In this document: positions 40,149 through 54,784 of the stretch, piece after piece
How positions within the stretch are numbered: position 1 is the first letter of the stretch
Layout: the number at the start of each line of letters is the position of its first letter
NCBI RefSeq assembly: GCF_006345805.1
Contig: NC_043020.1
Span: 17,670,001-17,734,000 of the forward strand
Source of the DNA: Octopus sinensis
Lineage: Eukaryota
Length of the DNA: 64,000 bases
Direction of reading: 5' to 3'
Notes under the pieces: model-generated
The model's database searches: none
Seen by the model: the letters and a program-made list of their open reading frames with translations, nothing else
Told to the model about the DNA's origin: nothing
Program-made: the position numbers and the translations under genes

Positions 40149-40608
40149 ATTTACATGATGAAGTGAGCTATTTGGAAAATTTTCTTTTCCATCATAACTG
40201 TCCTGTCTGAATCTGGTTGTATTTGTAGGAGTGGTGTAGTGGTTTGTGTGTGTGTAAGAATGTGGGGATGTGTTTGTGTGAATGTTGAATGTTGTTTATG
40301 TGTCTCATTAATACACTTTCTTCTATTCCTATTTAAAAATGAAATTTTTTTTTCCTTGTTTTCTTTTTTGATGGGTGGTGGTAGAGAGTCGGTGGTGGTG
40401 GTGGTGGCAGTGATGATGGTGGTGGTGGGGAGGTTTCCCTACTCTAAATAGAATCAGATGATGTAGAGGGAGAGGGTAATGTTTATTTAGAATTGGAAAC
40501 AGGATTCTCAAAACAACTATAACAGCAAGGAGTGGTTGTTATATATATATATACACACATATATATACACATATATATATACACACACACACACACACAC
40601 GCATGTAT

Positions 40609-40651
<43 letters not shown>

Positions 40652-41087
40652 AGGTGGTGCTATTAAGTTAGACATGGCCTGGGCCAATAATGGCCGAAAC
40701 CTATCAAAGTATCAAAGTATATATGAACTGTGTTTCACTAGCATATGTTATAATTATTTGTCAATTCGAAGTTGTTGTCTCTGTAGCCCCAGGTCAGCTC
40801 TGTGACTGGTGAGCAGTTAGTCAACCAAACAACTAAGTGCAGCACAAATGAGGAACTATATTAGCGCCGCCCCAACATACAATGATAGAGTGCATGGAAT
40901 GCAATATGACAGCCAGTGGTAACAGTTATTGTTATAATCATTATTAGTTTCAACATAGTCTTTTGTCCCATGCTAGCCGTTGTTGTTGGTGGTGGTGGTG
41001 GTTATTCCCCATTTCCAAGTATCTTTGTATCGTTTGTCTTTTACTTGTTTCAGTCAGTAGACTGTGGCCATGCTGGAGCACCGCTTG

Positions 41088-41120
<33 letters not shown>

Positions 41121-41302
41121 TGGAATGGATTGACACCAGCACTTTTGCTTTTTTAAAGCCTGGTACTTATTCTATCTGTTTCTTTTGCCAAACTACTAAG
41201 TCACGGGGGCATAAACACACCAACACCAGTTGTCAAGCAGTGATGGGAGACAAACACAGACACAAAGACACACACACATATATGATGGACTTTTTTTCAG
41301 TT

Positions 41303-42180
41303 TCATCATCATCATCATCGTCGTTTAACGTCCGCTTTCCATGCTGGCATGGGTTGGACGGTTTGACTGAGGACAGGCAAGCCAGAAGGCTGCACCAGGC
41401 TCCAATCTGATCTGGCAAAGTTTCTACAGCTGGATGCCATTCCTAATGACAACCACTCCGAGAGTGTAGTGGGTGCTTTTTAAGTGCCACCAACATGAGG
41501 GCCAGTCAGGCAGTACTGGCATCGACCATGCTTGAATGGTGCATTTTACATCCCACCGGCACAGGAACCAGTCAGGCGGCACTGTCAACGACCACACTTG
41601 AATGGTGCTTTTTACGTGCCACCAGCATGGGAGTCAGGCAGCAATGGCATCGACCACGCTCAACCAATCAGGCAGTACTGTCATCAGCCATGACAATGAC
41701 TTCACTTGATTCAACAGGCACAGTTTATTGCCCAGTGATTGAAGGGTACTCTTAAATGGGCCAGTTATGCTACACTGGCATAGGCCACGAGATTATGGTC
41801 TCACTTGGTTTGCCGGGTCTTCTCAAGCACAGCATATTTCCAAATGTCTGGATCACTTGTCATTGCCTCCATTCAAAGGTCATGCTTCACTACCTCATCC
41901 CAGGCCTTCTTGGGTCTACCTCTTCCACAGGTTCCCTGTTAGGGTGTGACACTTTTGCACACAGCTGTCCTCATCCATACTCAACATATGACCATACCAG
42001 TGTAGTCGTCTCTCTTGCACACTATATCTGATGCTTCTTATGTCCAACTTTTCTCTCAGGATGCTTACACTCTGTCATGTATGCACACTGACATTACACA
42101 TTCAGCAGAGCCTACTAGCTTCATTCCTCACAAGCTTACGCATGTCCTCAGCAGTCACGGCCCATGTTTCACTGCCATGT
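41303..42180 (-). mobile_element. RTE LINE 3' fragment
   Basis: Minus strand HGSETWAVTAEDMRKLVRNEASRLC*MCNVSVHT*QSVSILREKLDIRSIRYSVQERRLHWYGHMLSMDEDSCVQKC, then 3'UTR and (GAT)n. Confidence 0.9.
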
Positions 42181-43329
42181 TTCACTTCTAGTTTTTCCCG
42201 CTGGCATGTGACGGAAGCTGTTTTCTGCACATTTTCAGCACTATAAGCTCACCACCTTACAAATGACTTATAAATAAGACTAATATCAACATGACAACTT
42301 GGGAAGAACAAGTAATAACTCAAAAACTTTGGAGGTTCTACAAAGAGCTTGTATTCCACTGGCATAGCTCTGAGGGTCATTAAATTTCTCAAGGTAGGAA
42401 AAAGTGATTTACTTGGGTAGATTGTGCTCACCATATTTGTGGAATCTATAATTTTGCATCCTTTTTGAAAGAAAGACGGATAGAGGCAAATGAAGATTGA
42501 CAGATAAACAGATGGATACATTGATACATAGAAGGATTGATTATGAGATGAACAGACTAATGAATTGACTGACACACAAGGATTGAGTGAAAAATGCAGA
42601 GACTGAGACTCAAGGATTGAGTGTGAGATAGAGAGACAGATATACAAGGATGAGGTGAGATGGGCAGAGAAGTAGAGAGGCAGGGAGACATAAGAGTTAC
42701 ATAAAAATGAGTAAATGATTTGGCTCGTAGCTTTTATACCAGTCTGTGAGATACCCTTTAATAACTTCACACAGAATTAAGATCTCACAGATCTTATAGT
42801 GCTGGTGTTGTTGATGGTGGTGTTGGTGGTGGTGTTGCCAGTTTCAAAAATTGGAATAGTTATGACAGCAGGAGAGAGATTGGAATGTGTTCTTTAAAAA
42901 CTTTCCCCTCATTTTCTTCTTTCTTCTTGTTTTATTATTATTTTTTTTCTGTTACATACACATGCATACACACACATTCACACACACATATCAAGCTGTA
43001 TTTCTTTCAGTTAGATTGCCATTCTATTAAAAACAAGTTTTATGTATTATTTTGTTTTTAGAATTTTTTTTTTTTTTGACCAGCTTTGGAGATAAAATTC
43101 GAGTGATTCCATGTCATCAGGTTTGGTACTTTTTAACTCAATTTGGAGAGGAAGGGTGAAGGAAAGAAACTACTAGAAATACTCTTAAATAAAAAGTTTT
43201 TTAAAAAAATAGAATAAAATGAACAACAAATTCTCCTATTATGACTAGAGTCATGTAAAGCTTGTCTTTCACCAATGGTATTGCTGTTACCACTACCACT
43301 GTCTATCACCCATTAGCATCAACATAACA

Positions 43330-43885
43330 GCATTAGTTTTGTCTTCATCATCATCATCATCATCATCACTATCACCATTGTTCTCCTCATCCTTGTCCTC
43401 CTCTTCATCATCACCATCATCATCATCATAATTACTGTTGTTCTCATCATCCTCTCTACCACTACACTGGCTCACCACCACCTTCACTACTATTACTATG
43501 GCTACCACTCTTACAGTCCTTGCTGCCACCATTGCCTTCACAACCACTCTCGCTACCACTACCACCACTCTCACCACCGCCAGCACCAACCATTCTCACC
43601 ACACCACCATCACCACCCTCACTGCCACCTCCACCACCGCCACCACTCTCACCATCACCACTCTTGTTGCTTACCACTGCTACCACCACCACCACCACTG
43701 TCACTCTTGTTGCTACACCCACTCTCACTGTCACCACCACCACCATGACCATCACTCTCACTACCACTGCGACTACCCTCACCTCTTCTTCTATTTCATT
43801 TCATCACCATCTTCTCTCTCCATCATTGAAGCCACCCTTATCACCAGTATCACCACCACCACTTCCACCACCACCACCTCCATCA
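43330..43885. repeat. Degenerate (CAC)/(CAT) trinucleotide tract
   Basis: Directly visible. Confidence 0.9.
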
Positions 43886-44255
43886 GTTACTTTAGACATA
43901 ACTGTTATTCAATTACCATATGTCTGCTTCACAGTTACCTAGCACTGTCATGTGACCAATCCCAGACACACAGACAGACATTCCTGAACAGCTTCAGACC
44001 CTTTCTTAGGTGGTGGCGAAGGTTGTTGGTTCTTTTTTTTTTTGCTTTTTGTTGTTGTTTTGTTTTTGTTTTTCTTGTAGTTATCATGCTGATGGTGATG
44101 ATGTTTGCTACAGTGGTACTAATAGTGATGATGGTAATGATGATGATATTTAGAGGGATGCTGATGGTGTTTGTAATGATTAGTGGTTCTCCACCATTTT
44201 TCACCTATGGACCCCTTTGATTTCCATTTTTCTTGGATGGACTCTCATGGCCATT

Positions 44256-44490
44256 TACCTATTTCTTTATTACCCACAAGGGGCTAAACACAGAGAGGAC
44301 AAACAAGGACAGACATAGGTATTAAGTCAATTACATCGACCCCAGTGCGTAACTGGTACTTAATTTATCGACCCCGAAAGGATGAAAGGCAAAGTCGACC
44401 TCGGCGGAATTTGAACTCAGAACGTAGCGGCAGACGAAATACCGCTAAGCTTTTCGCCCAGCGTGCTAACGATTCTGCCAGCTCGCTGCC
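44256..44490 (-). mobile_element. Meta-like SINE, young long-tail variant
   Basis: Near-identical to 46200-46432; CpGs intact. Confidence 0.9.
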
Positions 44491-44902
44491 ATTTACCATT
44501 TAAAACTTCCCTATTATTATATTTTCATAACAAAATATTGGTTTCAAGCTTTGGCACCAGACCAGCTTGTTTGGGAGAGGGGGTAAGTTGATTACATCAC
44601 CCCCCCCCCAGATCAACCAGTACTCTGTGAGTAAATTTTGTAGATGTTAACTCTGTGTGTGTCTTTGAGTTTGAACCTTGCAACTGCTTGACAACCAGTA
44701 TTGGTTTGTTTACATCCCAGTAACTTAACAGTTTGGCAAAAGACACCAATAAGTACCAGACTCAAAAGTCAAGTATGAGGTTCAATTTGTTCACCCAAAC
44801 AATGAGTGTAGCAAGTAAACGATAGTGCTTCTGCTAAATATAGGTATGGTGACACAAACAGGAAAACTATAACTCAGAATATGAGTTAGTGTCTATTTTT
44901 AT

Positions 44903-45036
44903 TAATATTTAGCAGAAGCAACAGAGTGACTCAAGTTCCGAGAGTTTCATGCTTTGGCACTTACCAAAAGCTTGATAATTGTCAACACATGAAACTCTTG
45001 GCCCTTGAGTCACACTGTTGCTTCTGCCAAATATTA
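44903..45036. mobile_element. Palindromic MITE
   Basis: taatatttagcagaagcaacagagtgactcaag..gagtttcatg versus catgaaactc..cttgagtcacactgttgcttctgccaaatatta. Confidence 0.75.
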
Positions 45037-45048
45037 TTAAATATAGCA

Positions 45049-45432
45049 GTGGAGGCGCAATGGCTCAGTGGTTAGGGCAGCGGACTCGCGGTCGTAGGAT
45101 CGCGGTTTCAATTCCCAGACCGGGCGTTGTGAGTGTTTATTGAGTGAAAACACCTAAAATAGCTCCACGAGGCTCCGGCAGGGATGGTGGTGAGCCCTGC
45201 TGTACTCTTTCACCACTCTTTCTCTCACTCTTACTTCCTGTTTCTGTTGTACCTGTATTTCAAAGGGCCAGCCTTGTCACTCTCTGTGTCACGCTGAATA
45301 TCCCCGAGAACTACGTTAAGGGTACACGTGTCTGTGGATAGCTCAGCCACTTACACGTTAATTTCACGAGCAGGCTGTTCCGTTGATCGGATCAACCGGA
45401 ACCCTCATCGTCGTAACCGACGGAGTGCTTCC
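45049..45432 (+). mobile_element. SINE family C head with third tail type, 12-bp TSD
   Basis: attaaatatagc at 45036-45047 and 45433-45444. Confidence 0.9.
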
Positions 45433-45777
45433 ATTAAATATAGCCATTCTTTTCATTCACATACTAAGCAACATACAAGTTGCTTTTGAACGAGAGTTGT
45501 ATAGCATCTGTCATCTTATCAGGATTACCTTCTAATTTTGAGACAGTGCATTGGGATACATTTATTAATGAATTTTTATTGACCAGTTATTGTTTCCGCT
45601 GTTTACTAAATGAGCCTTGTATATCTTCTACTATGTGAATGTGAGTGTATGCAGTTATGTCTTACCTCAAATGGGTCAGAACAAGTAAATGCTGGTCAAC
45701 CTGGTACCGGTTTCGAAATTTAGTGTTTAGCCCTGAAAGGCTCTGAAATGGTGCATTCTCAAGAAAAGCCAATTATT

Positions 45778-45961
45778 AATTATTAATTGACACATTATTA
45801 ATTATCTTATAACAGCAATGCCTGGAAAAATCATGGATTACATGGAAAAATGAGAGCATGCAAAGTAATATTCTTAAGATTATAAATCTGGAAAAGTACA
45901 GGACAAGTTATTACACCTGTAATAACTTTTCCAAGATAATTAATGTGTCAATTAATAATTT
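45778..45961. mobile_element. AT-rich MITE-like element
   Basis: aattattaattgacacatta...attatctt versus aagataattaatgtgtcaattaataatt. Confidence 0.6.
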
Positions 45962-47344
45962 AGGATTTTACCTTATAAAATACTGGGTAGGGGGATACAT
46001 TGGCTGCTATTTTTAGTGTGTCGAGTGACCAGGTAGAGGCTCTTTCATTGGTTTGATTGCATGATGAGATTTTTTTACACATATATGTATAATATGCATA
46101 TGTATCATCGGCAGAAGTTAGAGAGTTTCGTGTATTGGCACTTAAACATGAATTTGTCCATTGTCACTCTGTAACTTGTGACGAAATAACTTCTAAAGTA
46201 CCTATTTCTTTATTACCCACAAGGGGCTAAACACAGAGGGGACAAACAAGGACAGACATAGTTATTAAGTCAATTATATCGACTCCAGTGCGTAACTGGT
46301 ACTTATTTAATCGACCCCGAAAGGATGAAAGGCAAAGTCGACCTCAGCAGAATTTGAACTCACAACGTAACGGCAGACGAAATGCGGCTACGCATTTCAC
46401 CCGGCATGCTAACGCTTCTGCCACCTCGCCGCACCATGAGTCAAAATTTTGGTGAACAGAAACTGTGTGGAAACCCACCAAAGAGATGGTTCTTGGATGG
46501 CAGTCCTAATCCATTGCCCAGTTAAATACCACTACTGGCCCTTTTGTGCTTTTAGTGGAATCCACTCTTTAGTAAGCATTTGGGTCAGCTCTCCAGGTTG
46601 AGGATAACTTCCCCGACCTTCTTTCCCCGCAGGGTCAGTGAACCTGACTACACCTTTAACATTAATTTTCTTTTTTAAGGTTTGTTGTTGTGGTGGTGAT
46701 GGTGTGTGGCTAGTTGTGTTATTGTTGTTGGAGTTGTTGCTACGGTGGTGGTGGTGGTGGCGGCGGTGGCGATGATGTAGTTAGGACAGAATAAATGTAG
46801 CTGTGGTGGTGGTTGGTGGTGGTGGTGGTTGTATAGTGGCAGCATCAGTAGTGGTGATGGTGGCAGTGGTAATCTGATAATCTATTATGATTGATTTGCT
46901 ACTGTAGAAGGTAAACAAAGATTAAAAAGAAAAGAAAAAACATCCACCAGAACAAATCAGAACAACCCAAAATTTGCAAATGTTTTGATTGAGGGACAAT
47001 GAAAATGTACTCAGCTGTGGAACTGAAGAATTGTTCCGTTCCAACAGAGCAGAACATGAGACTTCAATAATGTCACATGTTAGATTAATATCATTATGAA
47101 AAGAATCAAATCACTACATTGTTCACATGTTATTGAATGGTGGTGGCAGCGGCAGGGGGTGGTGGTGGTGTGAGAAAGTAGAAGGTATTATAATGATGGT
47201 GGTGGTGGTGGTGATAATAGTTGGTGTTTAACCCTAGGCAGTCCTGATCAATGTGCACTTTCTGTGATCACTCAGGCAAACCATAGCCACCTCATCTTTT
47301 TTCTTCTTTTTTTTTTGTTGTTTTGTTTTTCTCCAGACAATTTT

Positions 47345-47571
47345 TTTATCTCTTTCAGTCATTAGGCTGCAACCATGCTGGAGCACCGCCTTCATGAACA
47401 TTTTGTTGAATAAATCAACCCCAGTACTTTTTTTTTTTTTTTTTTTAAGCCTGGTACTTGTTCTGTCAATCTCATTTTGCTAAACTGCCAAGTTATGGCG
47501 ACGTAAACAAATGAACACCGATTGTCAAGCATTGATGGAAAGCAAAAACAGACACAAAGACACACACACAA

Positions 47572-47603
<32 letters not shown>

Positions 47604-48010
47604 AAGTGCGTGACTTAGTGGTTAGGGTGTGAGCACCATGATCATAAGATTGTGGTTTCGATTCCTGGACTGGGCGACGCATTGTGTTCTTGAGCAAAAC
47701 ACTTCATTTCACGTTGCTCCAGTCCACTCAGCTGGTAAAAATGAGTAACGCTGCGATGGACTGGCGTCCCATCCAGCTGGGGAGCGCATACGCCATAGAA
47801 ACCAGGAAACCGGGCCCATGAACCTGGCTAGGCTTTAATAGGGTGCATTTATTTATTATTATATATATACATACACATACACACATATATACAAGGCTTT
47901 AGTCAGTCTGAAGCTATTGTAGAATACACTTACCCAAGGTGCCATGCAGTGGGACTGAACCCGGGATCATATGGTTGGGAAGCAAGCTTCTTACCACAGC
48001 CACACCTGCA
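47345..48010 (-). mobile_element. Family-B SINE with a family-D SINE (47604-47850, plus) nested in its internal microsatellite
   Basis: Family-B halves flank the inserted copy. Confidence 0.8.
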
Positions 48011-48549
48011 CTTATTGTGTATCCTGGCTTTAAAAGACTAAGTGTGCCATGTCTCTATGAGTCATAAGATGCAACTAATCAGAGTATTGGCATGAAAGTT
48101 ATCTGGCTGTTACATGTTACCTCAGAAAACCCATCCAACCATGACAGTTTGGAAAAGCAAGCATGGATGAATGGTTAAGAAGCTCACTTTGCAACTACAT
48201 GGTTTCAGGATCAATCCCACTGCATGGTACCTTGGGCAAGTGTCTTCAACAATGGCCTCAGATCAATCAATACCTTGAGAGTGAATTTAGTAGATGGAGC
48301 TGGCGGAAACGTTAGCACATTAGGCAAAATGCTTAGTGGTATTTCGTCTGCCATTATGTTCTGAGTTCAAATTCTGCCAAGGTCGACTTTGCCGTTCATC
48401 CTTTCGGGGTCGATAAATTAAGTACCAGTGACGCACTGGGATCGATGTAATCGACTTAATCCCTTTGTCTTTCCTTGTTTGTCCCCTCTATTTTTAGCCC
48501 CTTATGGGCAATAAAGAAATAGGAAACTGTATGAAAGTCCTTATAAACA

Positions 48550-48768
48550 AACAAGGGGTGCAGAAAAGTTACTGGCTTTGGGTAAAAGAAAACACAGGAG
48601 GATCAGTTAATTATGATTTTATTCAACATGTACCCTCTCAGATTCACACACTTATTGCAGTGGTCCTTCAGTTTTTCTGAGCCCTACAAAAGAACTCGGA
48701 AGGTTGGGCCTCCAACCAGGCCTTTCACAATACCCTTAAAGCCAGGAACTTTTCAGCACCCCCTCATG
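48550..48768 (-). mobile_element. Tc1/mariner-type MITE
   Basis: TIRs aggggtgcagaaaagttactggcttt / aaagccaggaacttttcagcaccccct; reverse complement of 63114-63337. Confidence 0.85.
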
Positions 48769-49654
48769 TATGTATGTATGTATGTGTGGGAGTGGTGTTT
48801 CTGTTTGTCGCCCGCCACCACTTGACAACTGGTGTTAGTTTGTTTATGTCCCCATAACTTAGCAATTTGGCAAAAGCGACCGAGAAAATTTGTACCAGGC
48901 CTTAAAAAGAAAAAGTACTTTGATCCATTTGTTTACTCTTTACTCTTTTACTTGTTTCAGTCATGTGACTGACTGTGGCCATGCTGGAGCACCGCCTTTA
49001 GTCGAGCAAATCAACCCCAGGACTTATTCTTTGTAAACCTAGTACTTATTCTATCGGTCTTTTTTTTATGAACTGCTAAGTTATGGGGACATAAACACAC
49101 CAGCATCGGTTGTCAAGCGATGTTGGGGGACAAACACAGATACACAAACATATACACACACATACATATATACGACAGGCTTCTTTCAGTTTCTGTCTAC
49201 CAAATCCACTTCCATGGCTTTGGTTGGCCCAAAGCTATAGTAGAAGACACTTACCCAAGGTGCCATGCAGTGGGACTGAACCCAGAACTATGTGGTTGAT
49301 AAGCAAGCTACTTACCACACAGCCACTCTAACTTTTTTTATGAACCGCTAAGTTATGGAGACATAAACACACCAGCATAAGAATAAGTACTAAACCCTTC
49401 AAGGCAGTGCCCCAGCATGACCACAGCATAATGACTGAAACAAGTAAAGAAAGACAAAACGATGATGATGATGACATCGTGGTGGTGCTGGTTGTTTACA
49501 TGGATGCAATATGGCCAAATAGTTAAGGAATTTACTTCACAGTCCTGAGGTCTCAGGTTTTATCCTAATACTGGACATCTTGGACAAATAACTTTTGCCC
49601 TAACCTTGCATTAACTCAAGCCTTGTGAGTGAAGTCTGGTTGGTGGAAACCATT

Positions 49655-50216
49655 TTAACCTTTTAGTGTTTAAACTGGCCATATCTGGCTCAAATATTCC
49701 AGCTGTTTCATATTCAAACTGACTAGATTCAACCTCTTACACCTACCCCACAATGTCATTCTAAAACTAAGCAAACACACCATTGAGGTCTCAAAGCTAC
49801 AAGATAATGCATGATTAATCTATATATATAAAACTCAACTTGTGTATCTGTGTGTGTGTCTGTGTGTTTAACTTCCCAGCACATCTCCTCCTAGCCAACA
49901 AATCGTAGAACCACCAAAAATGGGTCACTTAAAGTTTAGGCAAATGAAAGTTGAACTGTGCTATTTCTGTTCCGAAATTCATCTCGCAAGTGCAAAAATC
50001 GATAATGTGTTTGTTTAGGCCTTATCCCATGCATTGAATAGTGAATTTTACTCAGTCAGCTGTTTGACGTGAACTGTGTTCACCACGCATGCAAGCATGC
50101 GTAAATTGCATGAAAAATAAAAAATCAAGATATAAAAACAGGCAATTCTGCTGGTTCAAAATAATATGAATAAATAAGCATTACATTTGATAGAGTAGTC
50201 CAAATGCTAGAGTTAA
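49655..50216 (+). mobile_element. piggyBac-like MITE A interrupted by a Helitron
   Basis: ttaaccttttagtgtttaaactggccatatc ... caaatgctagagttaa. Confidence 0.8.
49819..50154 (+). mobile_element. Non-autonomous Helitron
   Basis: 5' TC, 3' CTGG (CTRR), inserted between A and T with no TSD; excision restores gcatgattaa|ttcaaaataa seen in uninterrupted MITE A copies. Confidence 0.8.
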
Positions 50217-51111
50217 AGTTGTTGTTGTTATTTCTAAGACTACATTATTGAGTGTATATTTCCTTTTCTTTTTGAAACTGTTTTGCCTGCTATTCCTAGC
50301 AGATCAAGTGATCTCAGTAAGGGGCTCCCTTGTTTGCTAACCTTGCTATTGTTGATTGATACAGCTGATGGTGTGTCGGTGTGTTAGTTGCATCTACTTA
50401 AATCTGAGTTACAGCTCACCTCTGTGTGGGTGGGAATCTATGTATTTGTGGGTGTGGACTGAAGTTTGTAGGTGGGGCATGGTTCAATGCATGGGAGTAA
50501 ATGCATGCGTTTGTAGGTGAGGATTTATACATATGTGGGCGTGGATGTATGAATGTGTGGGTGGGAATTTATGCATATATGGGTATGGTTTTATGAGTGA
50601 GTGGGTGTTTGGCTGTGTTTGCCATGTCATTTGATATGTCTGAGAGAGAGAGAGAGAGAGTGTGGATGCTTTCTGTATTCAACTAGCATTCCAATTATCA
50701 TAATTCCACCTTTTGTCATTCTGAGTTCAGATTCCGCCGAGGTCGACTTTGCCTTTCATCCTTTCGGGGTCGATAAATAAAGTACCAGTTTTGCACTGGT
50801 GTCGATATAATTGACTTAATCCGTTTGTCTGTCCTTGTTTGTCCCCTCTATGTTTAGCCCCTTGTGGGCAATAAAGAAATATATATATATATCTTTATCT
50901 TTTACTTGTTTCAGTCATTAGACTGTGGCCATGCTGGGGCACTACATTGAAGAATTTTAGCCAAGCAAATCAACCCCAGTACTTATTTTTTTAAAAGCCT
51001 GGTATTTATTCTATCAGTCCTGTTTTGCCAAACCACTAAGTTATGAGGACATAAAAACACCAACACTGGTTGTCAAGCGGTGGTGGTGTATGCACGCACA
51101 CACATACACAC

Positions 51112-51162
<51 letters not shown>

Positions 51163-51366
51163 ATACACACTGTGGGCTTCTTTTAGTTTCCATCTACAAA
51201 ATCCACCCATAAGGCTTTGGTTGGCCTGAGATTTTAGTAGCAGTCACTAACCCAAGCGATCACACAGTGAGACTGAACCAGGAACCTTGTGATTAGGAAG
51301 CAAACTTCTCTTTACACAGCTACACCTGCACCCAAATACGTATATATATCAGTCAGTTATCTAATG

Positions 51367-51407
<41 letters not shown>

Positions 51408-51988
51408 AAGGAGGATGTAATTTGAGAGGAATTTCGCTTCTCATTTTTAATAGGTCAAGTGACCCTGTGCAGAATCTTTAGACTCCATGTATGAATGTAG
51501 GTATCAATAACTGACTTCCTCTCTCTCTTTCACACACTCTACCTACTTTTGTTTCTCCCCTTTGTGTGTGTGTGTGTGTGTGTGTGTGTAGACATAATCT
51601 CTTAAATTATAAATCTGTTTGCTTATGTCATTATTGTAGACCAAACATTGAAAGCATATTACCCACCCATCAGCCAAACAATTCACTCACCAACTTATCC
51701 CTCTTCCTACCTACACACCCATCCATCCATTCATCCATCTGTTCAGCCAACCTGTCATGGCATGTTGACTCTACTGAAACAAACAATGTCAACCCACGCC
51801 ATTTGATACAATTACTCATTTGTCTTACGCTTTTCATTGGTCTGGTATAATCAGGACTTCTTCCTACACGCATGCACGCATATGCACACACAACCACATA
51901 CACATATGCATACACATGACCGTGCATGTACACATACACACAGATGAGCACCAACATATCTTAGAAATTTACATTGTGCATACAATAG

Positions 51989-52692
51989 CAGAGGTTCTCA
52001 ACCATTTTTTTACCTAAGGCTTCTGTGCCGGTGGCACGTAAAAAGCACCATCCGAATGAGGCCGATGCCGCACCGCCTTGACTGGCTTCCATGCCAGTGG
52101 CACGTAAACAGCACCAACCAATCGTGGCCACTGCCAGATTCCCCTGGCACGTAAAAAGCACCAGTCGATCGTGGCCGCTGCCAGATTCCCTTGGCACCTG
52201 TGCCGGTGGCACGTAAAAAGCACCCACTACACTCACGGAGTGGTTGGCGTTAGGAAGGGCATCCAGCTGTAGAAACACTGCCAGATCAGACTGGAGCCTG
52301 GTGCAGCCTCCTGGCTTCCCAGACCCCGGTTGAACCGTCCAACCCGTGCTAGCACGGAAAACAGATGTTAAACGATGATGATGATGGACCCCTTTGATTA
52401 CAATTCTATTCTAGTGGATCCCCATAGCCATGAAATGTTTAAAAACAAATTTTATAGCTCCTTCTTTCAAAATTCCTATTTTGCTTTTCATACATTGACT
52501 TGTGTAATTTGAATATGTAGAATGGCAGAAAGAAATCTACCTGCTCCTTGCAATAAATACACATCCAAAGTAACATTTTTTCATTGGCACTTACTATACT
52601 GCTGTGGATCCCCGGTTTACTATTTTGCATTGGACCCCAAAAAATCTTATATAGACCCCCAGGTTTCGTATGATCCTGGTTGAGAACCACTG
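51989..52692 (+). mobile_element. hAT-like MITE with nested RTE tail (52018-52385)
   Basis: cagaggttctcaacc ... ggttgagaaccactg termini. Confidence 0.8.
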
Positions 52693-54646
52693 CACTAAAG
52701 AATATTAAGAACAGGAAAAAACGATATAGTTCTATTATTCTTGCTCTGATACCAGAGATATTTTGTTGATCATGTGACTCTGTGTGTGTGTGTTTATACA
52801 CACACACACACACACATTCTTGTAGCCTTTAGTTACCAGCCTTCTTCATCTTCTTTCCCCACACTCTCTTCTATTTACTTTCTTGTGCACTGAGGATATG
52901 CTCTGGCACCTCATCACCAACAGTTTTACATCTACCCCAGTATTCAACTGGTACTTATTTTATCGACTCCAAAAGGATGAAAGGCAAAGTTGACCTCAGC
53001 AGAATTTGGACTCAGAATGTAATGACAGACAAAATCCTTAGCAGCATTTTGTCCAGCTTGCTGGCAATTCTGCCAGACACCACCTTAATTCTGCCAGAAA
53101 TAATGATGATATACATACCATAGCACAAAGAATTCCATGGGCAAAGAAGAGAAAAGAGAGGACCTTAATACTGATGTAGTTTTATCCTATTTATTGGAAG
53201 CTGACCACTTCCCTAAACATTCTCCAAGTTTTACATTTTATCATTTTTATTTAATTTTCTACACTGGCATAGTTGGACAAGTCATCACAGCCAAGAACAT
53301 CATGCACACAGGGCCACAGAGAAAACCAGCCAACTTTGGTGCTGCGTATTTCACAGCATTGGTTAAGGGCATTTTATCCTACCACTAGGACTAATTTGAG
53401 GAGGACCAAAAAAGTCTCATCTCCCTCCAAAATGCGTTTTCTTCTGTTGCAGCTTCTAAAGTCCATGTCTTGCTTGTGCATTATTTTGTCCTCAATACTG
53501 TCATTTTTGCCCACACAGTTCCTTTAAACATTATCCCATGAGTAAAGTAGAATTTCAATGTGACATTAAACTGCACCCAGTGGTGAAACTCCAGCATGAG
53601 GATTCTAGAGTTGTGGGGAACATGGAGACACCATTTAATTACCATTACTCTCAGGTCTGTTCTGACTTGGAATGGTAATACCTGTCAGGGTCCTGTCTAT
53701 CGGTTAAATAGATCTTTGTAAAGGTAGATTGATCTCTTTAGCTGCAGTGAAAACAATCAATGTAGGAGAAGGAAAGCTCCAAAATTAATACCTTCTTCCA
53801 GCATGCCCTAAGCCAGCATTGATATGTATAGCTGATGAAACTGACATGAGGTATGTCCAACAGTGGCAACTATTTCACATTTATGCTCATTCTGTCACAA
53901 TAACAAGAAATGAAGACATATATATTAAACTAGGTCTTTATTTCACTATATTTCTCTCTCAACAACAACGTTTTTTTTTCTTGCAACAAATTTCAATTCT
54001 ATATGTCTGTTTTGCATTGTGTTGACAGACTTGCACTTAAAATTCCTGTGGTTTTAATCAAAACATGTTAGTTGCAATGATAATAACACTACCTATCTAT
54101 CTATCTATCTTTTACATGCACTCTCTCTCTCTCACTGTTTTTCTTTCTCAACAACAACAACTTTTTCTTTTCCCCTTCCTTCCTTCACATATATCTTGTG
54201 ATGGACAGAAACACAGAGATCAGCTTCTCTTTTATAATACAGAATGTAGCCTTGCTACATAAAACACTTTGATGCTGATTATTGCTCAAAAATTAAGTAT
54301 ATACAAGCGGCTATAGAATTCTCAGCCACTTGCACTAGTAACTCAATGAGTAAGTATTGTCACTAATCAGTCAACTGATATACTCAGTTGTAGATTCATA
54401 GAAATTGATAAGAGTCCACTGACACATTTATTTAACATTGAGTTAAGAAATATGATTTAGATGATTACATTTCCACTGAGGGACTGTCTGTGTTTGCTTT
54501 TTTTCATTCACTCTCAAAGTGTCATGTTTATTGTTTATATTAAGATATTAGTCATTAATTTGCAATTTATTCATTTGTATATGCACGTACACTCCTCGAC
54601 ACACCATTGGTTTTTTAATCTACTTTTTAATTAGTAATTTCCTCAT

Positions 54647-54709
<63 letters not shown>

Positions 54710-54735
54710 GAAATGAGGTACTCAGAAATTCGGAT

Positions 54736-54784
<49 letters not shown>

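Noticed and set aside
42249-42770. 173-aa minus-strand ORF
   Set aside because: Low-complexity, minisatellite-like sequence; no recognisable protein.
43293-44220. Pro/Thr/His-rich ORFs resembling mucin or formin
   Set aside because: Degenerate CAC/CAT trinucleotide tract open in several frames on both strands.
45049-45128. tRNA-like sequence (also at 22308, 33343, 39496, 60326)
   Set aside because: SINE heads that continue into SINE bodies, some with TSDs, and no Pol III terminator after the tRNA-like part.
52018-52225. CRISPR-like repeated ggcacgtaaaaagcacc units (also at 2326-2560 and 36810-36970)
   Set aside because: The intervening sequences resemble each other, the units are part of the RTE 3'UTR, the context is eukaryotic and there are no cas genes.
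53831-53850. Lone CTGATGA matches (also near 38425 and 21135 minus)
   Set aside because: No stem II plus GAAA and no stem I pairing.
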